Source of the DNA: Minutocellus sp. GHC0000111
Lineage: Eukaryota
Assembly: GCA_977018835.1 (NCBI GenBank)
Contig: OZ361257.1
Location: 3,286,001-3,350,000, forward strand
Reading direction: 5' to 3'
Length of the DNA stretch: 64,000 nt
The notes beneath the pieces were generated by a model. It ran no database searches. It was not told the origin of the DNA and saw only the letters and a list, made by a program, of their open reading frames with translations. Below are positions 10,921 through 20,609 of this stretch, piece by piece. How positions within the stretch are numbered: the stretch's first letter is position 1; every line of letters starts with the position of its first letter. Position numbers and translations under genes: made by a program.

Positions 10921-11668
10921 GTTAGTCCCAAAATGCGCACTGTCCCAGTTCGCGAACTGGGATCCCAGTTTGCGAACTAGGATTTATTTATCCCAGTTTG
11001 GAAACTGGGATCATAGGCACAATCTCAGTTTGCAAACTGGGATCAATCGAGAAATAATGAATATTTAGCATGGATGATATCGCCTTTGCTTCTCCTCGCT
11101 TCATTTTTTCATAGTGAAGCAACACAGCCCAAACCTGGTCCAGACGTCCAGACGACATTAGTGCCGGAGCTGATACTCAATAAATTGGCATTAGCTGATA
11201 CTAAATACATGTAGTGAATAAATAATAATATCTAGCTAGCTGCTTCTGGCAAATATAAGTCATGAACTGTACATGCATCTGTGCTATGCCGGCATCATGT
11301 TGCTACTGTACCAGTACATGTAGCTTGCAAATTCAAGATATGATGCACAGTGCAACTTGTATTGTAGATAGATCTACCAGTACATAATCATTGTGCATGA
11401 GCCAACACCGGCAGTTACCATTCTGACACTTGCCGAGAATGCCAGTTTCCAAACTGGTATTCATTTTTGTTCCAGTTCGCGAACTCGTCTGGTTCCCAAA
11501 TTCGGATTGGCGTGTTTATCTCAGTTTCCATTCTGGTAGTATCAGTGCGCAAACTGAGATCCTAGTTTGGGAACTGGGGCCCAGTGCGCGAACTGGGATA
11601 AATGAATCTCAGTTCGCAAACTGGGATCCCAGTTCGCGAACTGGGACAGTGCGCATTTTGGGACTAAC
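10921..11668. mobile_element. Non-autonomous TIR DNA transposon (MITE-like, 748 bp) in a (TA)n tract, copy A
   Basis: Perfect 58-bp TIR starting GTTAGTCCCAAAATGCGCACTGTCCCAGTTCGCGAACTGGG, imperfect to ~89 bp. AT dinucleotide runs on both sides, no credible ORF, second copy at 59644-60154. Confidence 0.92.
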
Positions 11669-11750
11669 ATATATATATATATATGTATGTATTTACTTCT
11701 ATCGGTGGTTTACGTTTGTTATTATTTTCTAGGGATGAAATGCAAATGAA

Positions 11751-13133
11751 TTAGCTAGTACTACAAAATGATTGGCCAAGAGCCTTTCCTCTGGCGGACA
11801 ATATTTTCTCTCGTATCCTTGCGTTGCTTGTGTCGTCTGCGGGTGTGCGGCCCTTCCGGTCCAGGACAAGAGTGCTAGCCCCGCATTCCAGCAGGGCATC
11901 AACGGCATCTTCGTTCAGCTTGAATGCTGCAAAGTGCAGTGGATACTGCATCTTGAGGTTGGGTATCTCCATGTCAGCCTTCCCCTCCTTCGCCAGGAGG
12001 CGAACAATTACGGCGTGACCTTTGCGAGCGGCCCTGTTCATGGCAGTCGAGCCCAGATAACCTCTGTAATTGACGTCGACGTTGGGAATGGTAAGTAGAT
12101 ATCGTACGGCCTCGATTTTTCCCTGATCAGCAGCCCATATGAGTGGGGTGTTGCCCGATGCATCATCCTCGGGAGCGAGTAGTTCCTCGGATGGCAGCGT
12201 CTTGAGTAAAGTGACAGCACCCGAGTGTGCCGCCAAGCAGGCTCGACTCGATGGTCCAGGTGGGATGCCATAGTATTTCAAAGGTTGGCCAGTGCCCAGC
12301 AGACCGGGGATGGTTCGATGCCTGCATAGAAGCGACGGAAGTTCCCATAGTCCGTTGACGTGGAAATCGGGCTGGCCGTCGTCACTGCTGCTATTGCTGC
12401 AACTTCCATCGCTGTTGTGACTGGACGACGATGATGATATATCCAAGAGGGCGGTCGAAACACCCGCCGCCTTGCCAAATGCAACGTCGTGTCGGAGCGA
12501 ATCGCCCACCATTAGGATGCTGTCCCCTCCACCACTCGTGTATTCTGCTGCTGACGACGAGGACGAGGAAGACACATCAATATTCCATTTCGATGCAATC
12601 TCAATCAAAGACGCTGGATGAGGCTTGGGCGGCAGACCGTTGCACTCGTCTCGCGAAAGCACAATGTCGAACGGCGGCCCTCCCTTCGCGGACCATGCAT
12701 CGACCAGGGTTTCTACCGTCCTGGCGGTATTGCGCGTTACCAGCGCAAAGGGGATCCCGTGCAGGTGGAGCCACCGTCCCAGTTCGACGGCACCGGGCAT
12801 AAGGACCATGGACCGTCGAGCCTCCTCTTCCATCTGCGAGATGATGGAGCGGCACCTGTCGGCCTCGGCGGGGGGCATGCGCTCGATCTCGGCGAGGATG
12901 TCGCACCCTCTCGGGACGTTGCAGTCCTCATACATTTTGGCAAAGTCGATGGTGGGCATCGTGAGGGTACCGTCCATATCGAGGACGACTCCCCTGAGCA
13001 GAGGCGAAGCAGATGTTTCGGTACTCATGGGAGGAGGACTGTTGCTACTACTAGTGCTGCTTCTTATCCCGTGTATGGTTAGAATGCTTGTATTGGTTCT
13101 CACGGACGAATTCAGTGTGAAAAGTGGTGCCAT
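11751..13133 (-). CDS. HAD-superfamily hydrolase fused to C-terminal ankyrin repeats (start uncertain; frame open to 13379)
   Basis: VVLDMDGTL (motif I), LVTRN, PKPHP, MVGDSLRHD; ankyrin repeats GNTPLIWAA, GSTAMNRAA, QYPLHFAA, DRKGRTP. Confidence 0.85.
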   Translation of the reverse strand: MAPLFTLNSSVRTNTSILTIHGIRSSTSSSNSPPPMSTETSASPLLRGVVLDMDGTLTMPTIDFAKMYEDCNVPRGCDILAEIERMPPAEADRCRSIISQMEEEARRSMVLMPGAVELGRWLHLHGIPFALVTRNTARTVETLVDAWSAKGGPPFDIVLSRDECNGLPPKPHPASLIEIASKWNIDVSSSSSSSAAEYTSGGGDSILMVGDSLRHDVAFGKAAGVSTALLDISSSSSSHNSDGSCSNSSSDDGQPDFHVNGLWELPSLLCRHRTIPGLLGTGQPLKYYGIPPGPSSRACLAAHSGAVTLLKTLPSEELLAPEDDASGNTPLIWAADQGKIEAVRYLLTIPNVDVNYRGYLGSTAMNRAARKGHAVIVRLLAKEGKADMEIPNLKMQYPLHFAAFKLNEDAVDALLECGASTLVLDRKGRTPADDTSNARIREKILSARGKALGQSFCSTS

Positions 13134-13572
13134 GCTGCTCCTATAATTGCTACCGATACCGTTACCGCACTTCTGATGGCTACCGCTACCGCCAGAAAAG
13201 ATCGAATTCGATACAGCCGGAGGAGAAGAGGGAATGAAAGAGGACGAGGGTACGGATGGGACAATCGCTTGGTCTTTGGAAATGAACGTGGCAAGTCTCC
13301 TTGCTGGGATGGTTTCATTTACATGTGATCTTGTTGAACCTCCTCTGCATTTATTTGGCGGTATCGAAAAAGCCCGCAAACAAGTGTGCGAAAGTCAAGT
13401 TTCCAGATGGCTCAAGGACGTCAGCTCGCTTGCTGCTGCTGCTCTGCGCTGACGGGCACAAAACACCTTTTTTGTGTCCAGATGGTGGCGCGGCTGGCTT
13501 GCAGATGGTGGCGCGGCTGGCTCGCATTCAAAAGCATAGCCGCGCCTCATTTATTTATTTTCTACTTGAGCC

Positions 13573-15006
13573 ATGCGGTGGTTGTTGACGTGAATCCTTG
13601 CCGCGAGCATCGCCTCTGTGGCGGTGGCGGCAGGTAGCCGCCTACCGCTGCCCCTCCAATACGCGTCCCGAATGATCCGCGAGCACAGCAACGTCCCTGC
13701 GTTCTTCCGGGCGTCGTCCGACTCGCTCGGCACAACATGTGCGGAAGACCGGCAACTCGCCGACGACGGTGCTGATTCCTCCTTCACCCTCGACGTGGTC
13801 CCCGCTGCCACGGATCCTCTGATGGGGACCCGCGGTGGTTCCACTCGAGTGAAGAAGGCCAAGGGCGGTAGCATGACGGCGGCGCAGAAGCGAGCCGCCG
13901 CCGAATACAAGGCAAGGCAGCAGGTCGCCAAGAAGAAGGGCGGCAACAGCAACAATGCCAAGCGGAAGGTTGCAGCAGCACCTGCACCGGCCGCAAAACG
14001 GAAGCCAGTCGCATCTGCCGCCTCCAAGGCGAAGGCAAAGACCAAGACCAGGCCATCGGCCAAGAAGAATTCGGTTGCTGCGTCGTCTACTGCTGCCGCT
14101 ACGGCTGCTGCTGCCGCCGCTACCGCCAGTACGGACAGCAATCCCGGTTCCGGCCTCCTCACCACCGGGTCGACGCAGATGCCAACTCTCTTCTTCACCC
14201 CGACGGAGGCCGACCTCGACCGGTACTCGGCCTGCCTGGCGGCCGCCGAGGGACTGCGCCGCGCGAGGGATGCCGGCGCCACATCCTCCCGCGTCAAGCG
14301 CGCTCTGCAGGACATCGACTCGGGCAAGCTCGATGCCACCAACACCAGCAAGAACAAGGACAAGGACCGGATGATGAAGAAGTGGTCGGCCGACGAGCGG
14401 AAGGAGTTCGACACCCTCCGGGCCAGCTACGCCCTCAACACGGCCAAGATGGTCCGGAGCCTCGGTCTGTCGGTGGCCCGGTTCAACCAGCTGGGCAAGG
14501 TCGTGGGGTCCGACCCGGTTCTGAAGGAGCGTGTGATGGAGCAGGCATATTTGTATGGGATGGCGGCGGGCCTAACGGGCATGGAGAAGGTACCGCTCAT
14601 CACCGGGAAGAGGATTGGTTCCGGTGGTGGAAGCAAGGGCAAGAAGGGATCCAAGTCGGCAGGTCCCAACGGTGCTGGGGCCGGTGCCCCACCGCCCATC
14701 ACATCGGAGCAGATCAACACGTTTGCTCGATGCCTTTCGGAAGTGGAGGAGCTCCGCAAGGATAACCTCGAGAAGTTGAGACAATCGCTTCAGGTGGACT
14801 ACCTTCCCCCAGTAATTTGCGATCCAAATGTTCGGTCGCTGCTGGACCCACGAGTACGAGCGGTCTGTGACGCATTCCCCCTGCAGGCAGAGGAAGTTGT
14901 CTAACGATTCGGTATGGGCAGCGACGAGTTCAATTCTCTCTTGGATCGCCTTCGGAGCGATCCCATCTTCCGATTCCGTGTCAAACGGTCCATGAGCAAA
15001 ATTTAA
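13573..15006 (+). CDS. Signal-peptide protein with two DUF4168-like helical units; in-frame stops at 13591 (TGA) and 14902 (TAA)
   Basis: ATG 13573 gives MRWLLT*ILAASIASVAVAA in frame with ORF 13618. Motif MVRSLGLSVARFNQLGKVVGSDPVLKERV recurs past the TAA as EVV*RFGMGSDEFNSLLDRLRSDPIFRFRV. Confidence 0.65.
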
Positions 15007-15543
15007 ATCGAAAGTCTACCAAAGATGCAGCTGCCACGGATACATGTCGGCGCATCGAAATGAACGTATCGAATGAATGAAAGAGAGGTGAGGTTGGGGG
15101 GGAATAATACAACCAAAAACAACTGACAATCTAAAATATTCATGCAAAAGGCAAACGTGCCTGCCTCCTTCGTCTATCCCAACATACACAACATACATAA
15201 TATAATCAGCGAAATATCACTTCATATCATATATCTACCACAGCAGATCTGGGTCTACCAGTACTCATGCATTGTCCCGCTGCTGCGGTACGGTATCTCT
15301 CACACTCGTCACTCTCCAGTAGTGCTCTCTCTCTCAGGCACTTTCTTCTTCAGCATTCGAATCATAAAACTTCTCAGCATGCGAAATTATCGATCGTAGG
15401 AATTCCCACTCAAAAGACATTTCGTATGAATTTGATCGAAACTGCATTGACTGCATCTCGATTCTCTGATGAAAGTAGGATTTGTAGCGCTCACAAATCG
15501 AACCAGCGCCCAAATTAAAACCCAAACCCAAAAACAAACAACC

Positions 15544-16302
15544 ATGGTAACCAAGACCGCAGTCGTCAACAACAAGCTCAACGACAACGCTTATGTTGTG
15601 ACACAAATCAGCAGCTCTCAGGCTCATCGCATCACTTCCAGTGCTGACGGAAAGAGCGTTGGCTCTGGCAAGAGCCGCAGCTCGAAGAAATCTACTGCAT
15701 CATCCAAAAAGTCCAAGAAGTCACTTCTGAATATTCCCTCATCAGTCTCAGTTCCGTCGGCTGGATCTGTTGGTGGCACCAAGTCAATGTACACCATCCC
15801 CGAGGATGAAAGTCTCGCCGGTGTCAGCACAACTAGCACTGTCACGACGACCTGGGGCAACCCCAAGCGGGACGAGTCCTCCTGGCAGAAGAAGTATAAA
15901 GCAGAAAAGAAGATTAATGACGAGCTGCGCAAGCAGGTCAGCCAACGTGACGGAGAGATCGAACACATTGGTCAGCAAGCCTACAAGAAGGTGGAAAAAC
16001 TTCGTGGCCAGCGCGACACGCGCGACCTTCGAATTGCCGAGCTGGAGAAGAAGCTTGCCCTCCGGGAAGAGGAACTGGCCAAGGAACGCAACAAGCACGA
16101 CAACACCAAGGTTGCACTTCGTGGTCAGATGGAGGACACTGCCATGGCCCGCGAGGAAGCAGCCGGTCTCAAGAAGCAGGTCTCGCAACTACAATCTCGG
16201 CTCGGCTTGGTCGCTCAGGCATTCGGGGGGAAGAATATCGATGTGAGTGTTGGACCAAGCATTAGCTACACCAGACGCTCGTCCAGTGCCAAGGCTGCTT
16301 AG
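15544..16302 (+). CDS. Uncharacterised protein: Ser/Lys-rich N-half, coiled-coil C-half
   Basis: Open frame from ATG 15544 (or 15469) with a heptad-rich stretch WQKKYKAEKKINDELRKQ...LKKQVSQLQSRL; AT-rich flanks. Confidence 0.65.
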   Translation: MVTKTAVVNNKLNDNAYVVTQISSSQAHRITSSADGKSVGSGKSRSSKKSTASSKKSKKSLLNIPSSVSVPSAGSVGGTKSMYTIPEDESLAGVSTTSTVTTTWGNPKRDESSWQKKYKAEKKINDELRKQVSQRDGEIEHIGQQAYKKVEKLRGQRDTRDLRIAELEKKLALREEELAKERNKHDNTKVALRGQMEDTAMAREEAAGLKKQVSQLQSRLGLVAQAFGGKNIDVSVGPSISYTRRSSSAKAA

Positions 16303-16899
16303 ATACGTACATGCGATAGATATAATAGAAATATATTTTATTTAGAGACTATGTGTGTTATCATGTCGCAAGAATACTAGCTAGATCTAGATCTACATGC
16401 ACATTCCGTCACACACAAATGAAAGAAATTGAGCATGATTGTTGTGAGTGCGATGATGATGCATGAATTCTTTATCGATTTCTGTTTATTTGTGTTCGGT
16501 CACTACGACTCGATCAAAGTGCATCCGGTACTCGCTTGATAAATATACCGGTATAACGGTACGATAGACCTGCTTACGAGTATCGTGCTGGCTTTTGCAG
16601 AATTGCATGCTCTTTCGGCCTGATTCGATGTCGAAATCCCCGAGTCTCCTAAGATGACCTCATCATCTGGTGGCTCCCCGCCGCGCCATCCTTCGGCCGC
16701 AATCGCCTGGCCTGATGACACCTGTTTTCGATCCTTGCACCAATAAATAGTAGGCAGCGGTTGCTTCCAAAGTCAAGCTGCTTTGGGTGCTTGAACTTCC
16801 TTATCAGCACCACCCGTTGCCTTTCTTGCTTCAATTCAGTTTCTCCTCTCTGTTCATTCTTGGCGGTCGCTCGCGTGATCCTTTCCAATCAGCCACAAG

Positions 16900-17517
16900 A
16901 TGATTCGACAAAGATATGCCGTCGGATTCTTTTTAGTGATGGCGGTTCTTCATGGATCGGTTTCCGCCTTCAGCTCGAAGCAGCGTGTATTTGTTGGCAC
17001 CCCCACGTCCACTCATCCCCAGAGAACTGTCGTCGATTGTATGTCGGTCTTTACCAAAGTCAAGCTGTCGCCTGACCAGTCGGCAGATGAGGCAATCGCA
17101 GCACTCCTCTCAAACAAAGTACAGGCGGCGCCGGTGCTCGATGAGAACAAGCTGGTGGGGATCGTCACTTCCTATGATTTTCTTCAGCGAGAGGCATTTG
17201 AGGGTGCCGTCGTTCCCGTCGACCCATCTCAGGGATCCGACAACGTCGAATCGTACGCGGCAGCTGCTCGCAAGATCTGTGGACGAAAGGTCAGCGACGT
17301 GATGACGTCCGGCCCAGAGACGGTCAAGCGGGATACGGCGATGAGAGACGTCGCTGCAAAGATGGCCCGGGAGAGGCTCCATACCATCCCCGTGGTAGAT
17401 GAGGATGGTGGCTTCCTTGGCATGATTACCAGCGATGATGTGATGCGTGATGTGCTGAATGTTGTTAAGGAACTCCCTCAGGGAAGAAACGATGTCTTGC
17501 CCGACATGAGGCCTTAG
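16900..17517 (+). CDS. CBS-pair protein, probably plastid-targeted
   Basis: Signal ends VSA-FSS; two CBS motifs (APVLDENKLVGIVTSYDFL; IPVVDEDGGFLGMITSDDVM). Confidence 0.88.
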   Translation: MIRQRYAVGFFLVMAVLHGSVSAFSSKQRVFVGTPTSTHPQRTVVDCMSVFTKVKLSPDQSADEAIAALLSNKVQAAPVLDENKLVGIVTSYDFLQREAFEGAVVPVDPSQGSDNVESYAAAARKICGRKVSDVMTSGPETVKRDTAMRDVAAKMARERLHTIPVVDEDGGFLGMITSDDVMRDVLNVVKELPQGRNDVLPDMRP

Positions 17518-17864
17518 AGTTTAGCAAAGGCGTCATCGGGGAGATAGATCACTTAGCTGGAGATACAGCACGATGGTAGATTGTAGAGTGGAATATCTAT
17601 CCAAACAAAAAGAAAGCGAGGGCTGGAGAAAGAATAAATCGAGTTTGTCAAGATGTTAGTTGGAGAATAAATATGGTTCATGGATGGTGCTGAAATATGC
17701 CATGACCACTTCGGAAATGCTGTACATGTAGTAGAGTCTAGCTACGTAATAGTAGAAACACAACTTCTATTTTTCATTTTTTTACTTTCAGTACAATTGC
17801 ATCGACAAGACAATCCAATTGCCTTTAACACGATGCATTTGAATCTCCTCAATAACATGTACCT

Positions 17865-20168
17865 CTAAATTCCTTCTTCATCTGAGCTGCTCTCGGAATC
17901 ATAATGCCCTCCCGACGTTTTCTGGAAGGAAAAGGGTCCATCCTGAGTGTGCACGAGTCCCACCTCCTCCCCACTCAAACAAAAGTGCATGGCAGCCTGA
18001 AAGTCCTCGAGCGCCACGGGACGGAGGGTGCGGAAGCTACCGATCAGAGCGTCGCGGGCGATCTCAAAGTGATTGGTCGCCGGCTTGCGGCTGTCCTGGC
18101 CACTATCGGTGCCACTCTGCTGCTCCCTCTTGCGAGCCTTGGCGCGGAGCAGAGCTGCCGATCGGAGGCATTCGCGGACGGGGGCCATCACGGCCTCACG
18201 GCTGAGCGATTCCAACTCCGATCCAGACCAACCCTCGGTGGCGGCGGCAATCTCCTCGAGCTGCGATGGGGTGATGCGATGCTCCACATCCGAGAGGAAC
18301 TTGGATAGGATCTTCTTACGGTCTCTTCGGGTTGGTGGTCCGACAAAGACCCGAACTGCGAAGCGACGGAGCAGGGCGGGATCGCAATCCTCTGGGCGGT
18401 TGGTAGCAGCAACGACAATGATGCGAATCTTGGGCTTGCGCTGGCGGCGTTTCTGCTGCTGCTGCTGCTGCTGCTCAGAGGTAGCTCCATTGTTGGTATT
18501 AGCTTCGTTGGAGCTCCCGCCGCTTCGAGGTGGGACGGGAGAAATGGCTCGAGTGCTGGCGGACGATACACCCGCATCTGCACCGGATGTACATGCATCG
18601 ACCTTCGTGGCCGAAGAAACCGACGTAGCATCCTCGCCGTCATCACCACACCCCTCGTAATCGTCTTCATCGTCGCCCACTTCGTTGAAGTTCCTCGTCA
18701 GCTGGATGAGGAGCTCGGCCAATACTCTCCTTCCACTACCACCATCTCCGCCACCACCGACGCTGGCCGTCATGGCACCGCCTGCACCACCATTATCTCC
18801 AAAGCTCCCCCCCATACCACTCCTGGCGCCGCCGATGGAATCGATCTCATCGAAAAACAGAACGCAGCATCGACTGTCGCTGCGCGATGCCTCCAACCGG
18901 GCCACGTCGAACAGCTGGCGGATGCTACGCTCGGACTCGCCCACGAATTTGGACAGCACGTCCGAGGGACCCACGGTGATGAGGGGACTGGAGCTTTCCC
19001 CCGCCACGGCCTGGGCTAGTTTTGACTTGCCACAGCCTGGTGGACCATGCAGGAGGATGGATGCTGGAGCTGCGCGGACACCGGTGAGGACGGAGTCAGT
19101 CAGATCCGGCGGGAGGGCCAGGGGAAGCAGAGCCTCGTCGAGTCGGAGCTTGGCCTGGCCGTGACCGATGATATCGGCGAAGGTAGTACTGGGGATCTCG
19201 GGATGGCAGGACGAAGAAGAGTTCTCATCGTCGTCCTGACCACCTGACTGATTCTGGTACTGCTGGTGTGGCTGCTGCTGGGCTATGAAGGTAACAGCCT
19301 CGGCATAGCCGCTGTTAGGGAGGGTAGGGGGGTTGCCAATACACGTGGTCGTATTGTCAGTACCGTTGGAATACTGCGGATGCTGTTGATTTTGTACATT
19401 ATCACACCCGTTGCCGTTGCAGTTGCCGTCACCTTCGTACATCGTCGCCATGGGGACAGCAGCCATCCCGCTCCCCCCATCCAATGTGCTCGGTGGCGGC
19501 ACATTCTCGGCGCCTGCCTGCTGATGCTGCTGATGCTGCTGATGCTGATGCTGATGCTGGTTGTAGTAGTGCAGGGCATTAGTCGTACATGTAGTAGTAG
19601 TTTCGATCGCCATTTTCATCATTTTCGATTGCTGCTGCTGCTGCTGTCCTACCGGTACTCCCATAGCTGCAATGTTGGCATTGCTGCCGATACCATTGCT
19701 ACTGCTGTTGGCGTCGTCGATATTGGAAGCTGTTGACAGTAGGAGTCTCCCCTCGGACCCGAGGGACATCGGCGACAGGACGACTCCGCCCGAGCTGCTG
19801 CTGCTGCAGCAGCTGTCCTCGCCACGTTGCTGCTCCTGCTGTTGCTGTTGTTGTTGCTGCTGCTGCAGCTGCTGCTCTTCCTCGTCCTTCTGCAGCTGCT
19901 CTCGCTTCCTCCTCTTCCCTGCAAACGGCGGCAGAGGAAGACAGGGGTCGAGGGCGCCCTTCTCCTCCTTCTGCTGCTGCTGCTGCTTGCTCGTTTCGAT
20001 TTGCTCTCCCGTTGTCGAAGGCTGCTGCTGCTCACGGTGTTGACGCCTCGCCTTCTTGACGTCGCCCTCGCCGCCACCGCCGGCGATGGGGAGGCGGGGT
20101 GGCGGCGGGGGCATCAGAGCGCTCTCATTGAGCATAATCGATTGCCGACGCCTTGGCTTTGACGGCAT
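17865..20168 (-). CDS. AAA+ ATPase (spastin/katanin/fidgetin-like clade) with poly-Gln low-complexity N-terminus
   Basis: Walker A GPPGCGKS, SKFVGESE pore loop, Walker B LFFDEID, AATNRPEDCDPALLRRF, TEGWSGSEL. Confidence 0.88.
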   Translation of the reverse strand: MPSKPRRRQSIMLNESALMPPPPPRLPIAGGGGEGDVKKARRQHREQQQPSTTGEQIETSKQQQQQKEEKGALDPCLPLPPFAGKRRKREQLQKDEEEQQLQQQQQQQQQQEQQRGEDSCCSSSSSGGVVLSPMSLGSEGRLLLSTASNIDDANSSSNGIGSNANIAAMGVPVGQQQQQQSKMMKMAIETTTTCTTNALHYYNQHQHQHQQHQQHQQAGAENVPPPSTLDGGSGMAAVPMATMYEGDGNCNGNGCDNVQNQQHPQYSNGTDNTTTCIGNPPTLPNSGYAEAVTFIAQQQPHQQYQNQSGGQDDDENSSSSCHPEIPSTTFADIIGHGQAKLRLDEALLPLALPPDLTDSVLTGVRAAPASILLHGPPGCGKSKLAQAVAGESSSPLITVGPSDVLSKFVGESERSIRQLFDVARLEASRSDSRCCVLFFDEIDSIGGARSGMGGSFGDNGGAGGAMTASVGGGGDGGSGRRVLAELLIQLTRNFNEVGDDEDDYEGCGDDGEDATSVSSATKVDACTSGADAGVSSASTRAISPVPPRSGGSSNEANTNNGATSEQQQQQQQKRRQRKPKIRIIVVAATNRPEDCDPALLRRFAVRVFVGPPTRRDRKKILSKFLSDVEHRITPSQLEEIAAATEGWSGSELESLSREAVMAPVRECLRSAALLRAKARKREQQSGTDSGQDSRKPATNHFEIARDALIGSFRTLRPVALEDFQAAMHFCLSGEEVGLVHTQDGPFSFQKTSGGHYDSESSSDEEGI

Positions 20169-20609
20169 GGGGGGGGGATGTGATACTGAGAAGCCGCGCC
20201 CGCTTACCTAGGTACCTAGCCTAGGTACGCTTTGCTTGGCCGGCCCTTGCCTTTTTTATCGACATGGCAACGCCGCCTCAATTTCCGGGTTCTTTTTCAA
20301 TTTTGCCCCAACCAATGGCTGCTTTGTTTGCGGTGAGCGAGGCAGAGGCAGGGCCGGTTCTCGCCGGCCTCATCTCAGCTCAAAACAATTGCTCTCAAAG
20401 CAACACTTTGCCGCACCACGCCAAGGAGCCAATAATAGGGCGCCGTCTAGCTAGACCAGGAACGCCATCAGCTCCATTAGCTATCGCTGGCAGGGGATAC
20501 TGAAATATAATACGTACAAATTAAGTTCCAGAGGAGGGTTGAGCTACGGAGGAGGCTCATTTATTTCTTTTCGGTCGGCGAAGCAGATTGATAAGATGAA
20601 GCAGATAAG

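Noticed and set aside
10921..11668. Palindromic repeats as a CRISPR array
   Set aside because: Spacers are short and irregular, repeats form terminal inverted arrays, there are no cas genes and the context is eukaryotic.
13551..14414. Long antisense ORF (287 aa) and similar shadow ORFs such as 8622-9347, 25047-25901 and 56419-57156
   Set aside because: They overlap better-supported genes on the opposite strand in GC-rich coding DNA and show no motifs.
19520..19990. CAG/CTG repeat tracts as a distinct element
   Set aside because: They encode poly-Gln/Ser/His low-complexity segments of the AAA ATPase.
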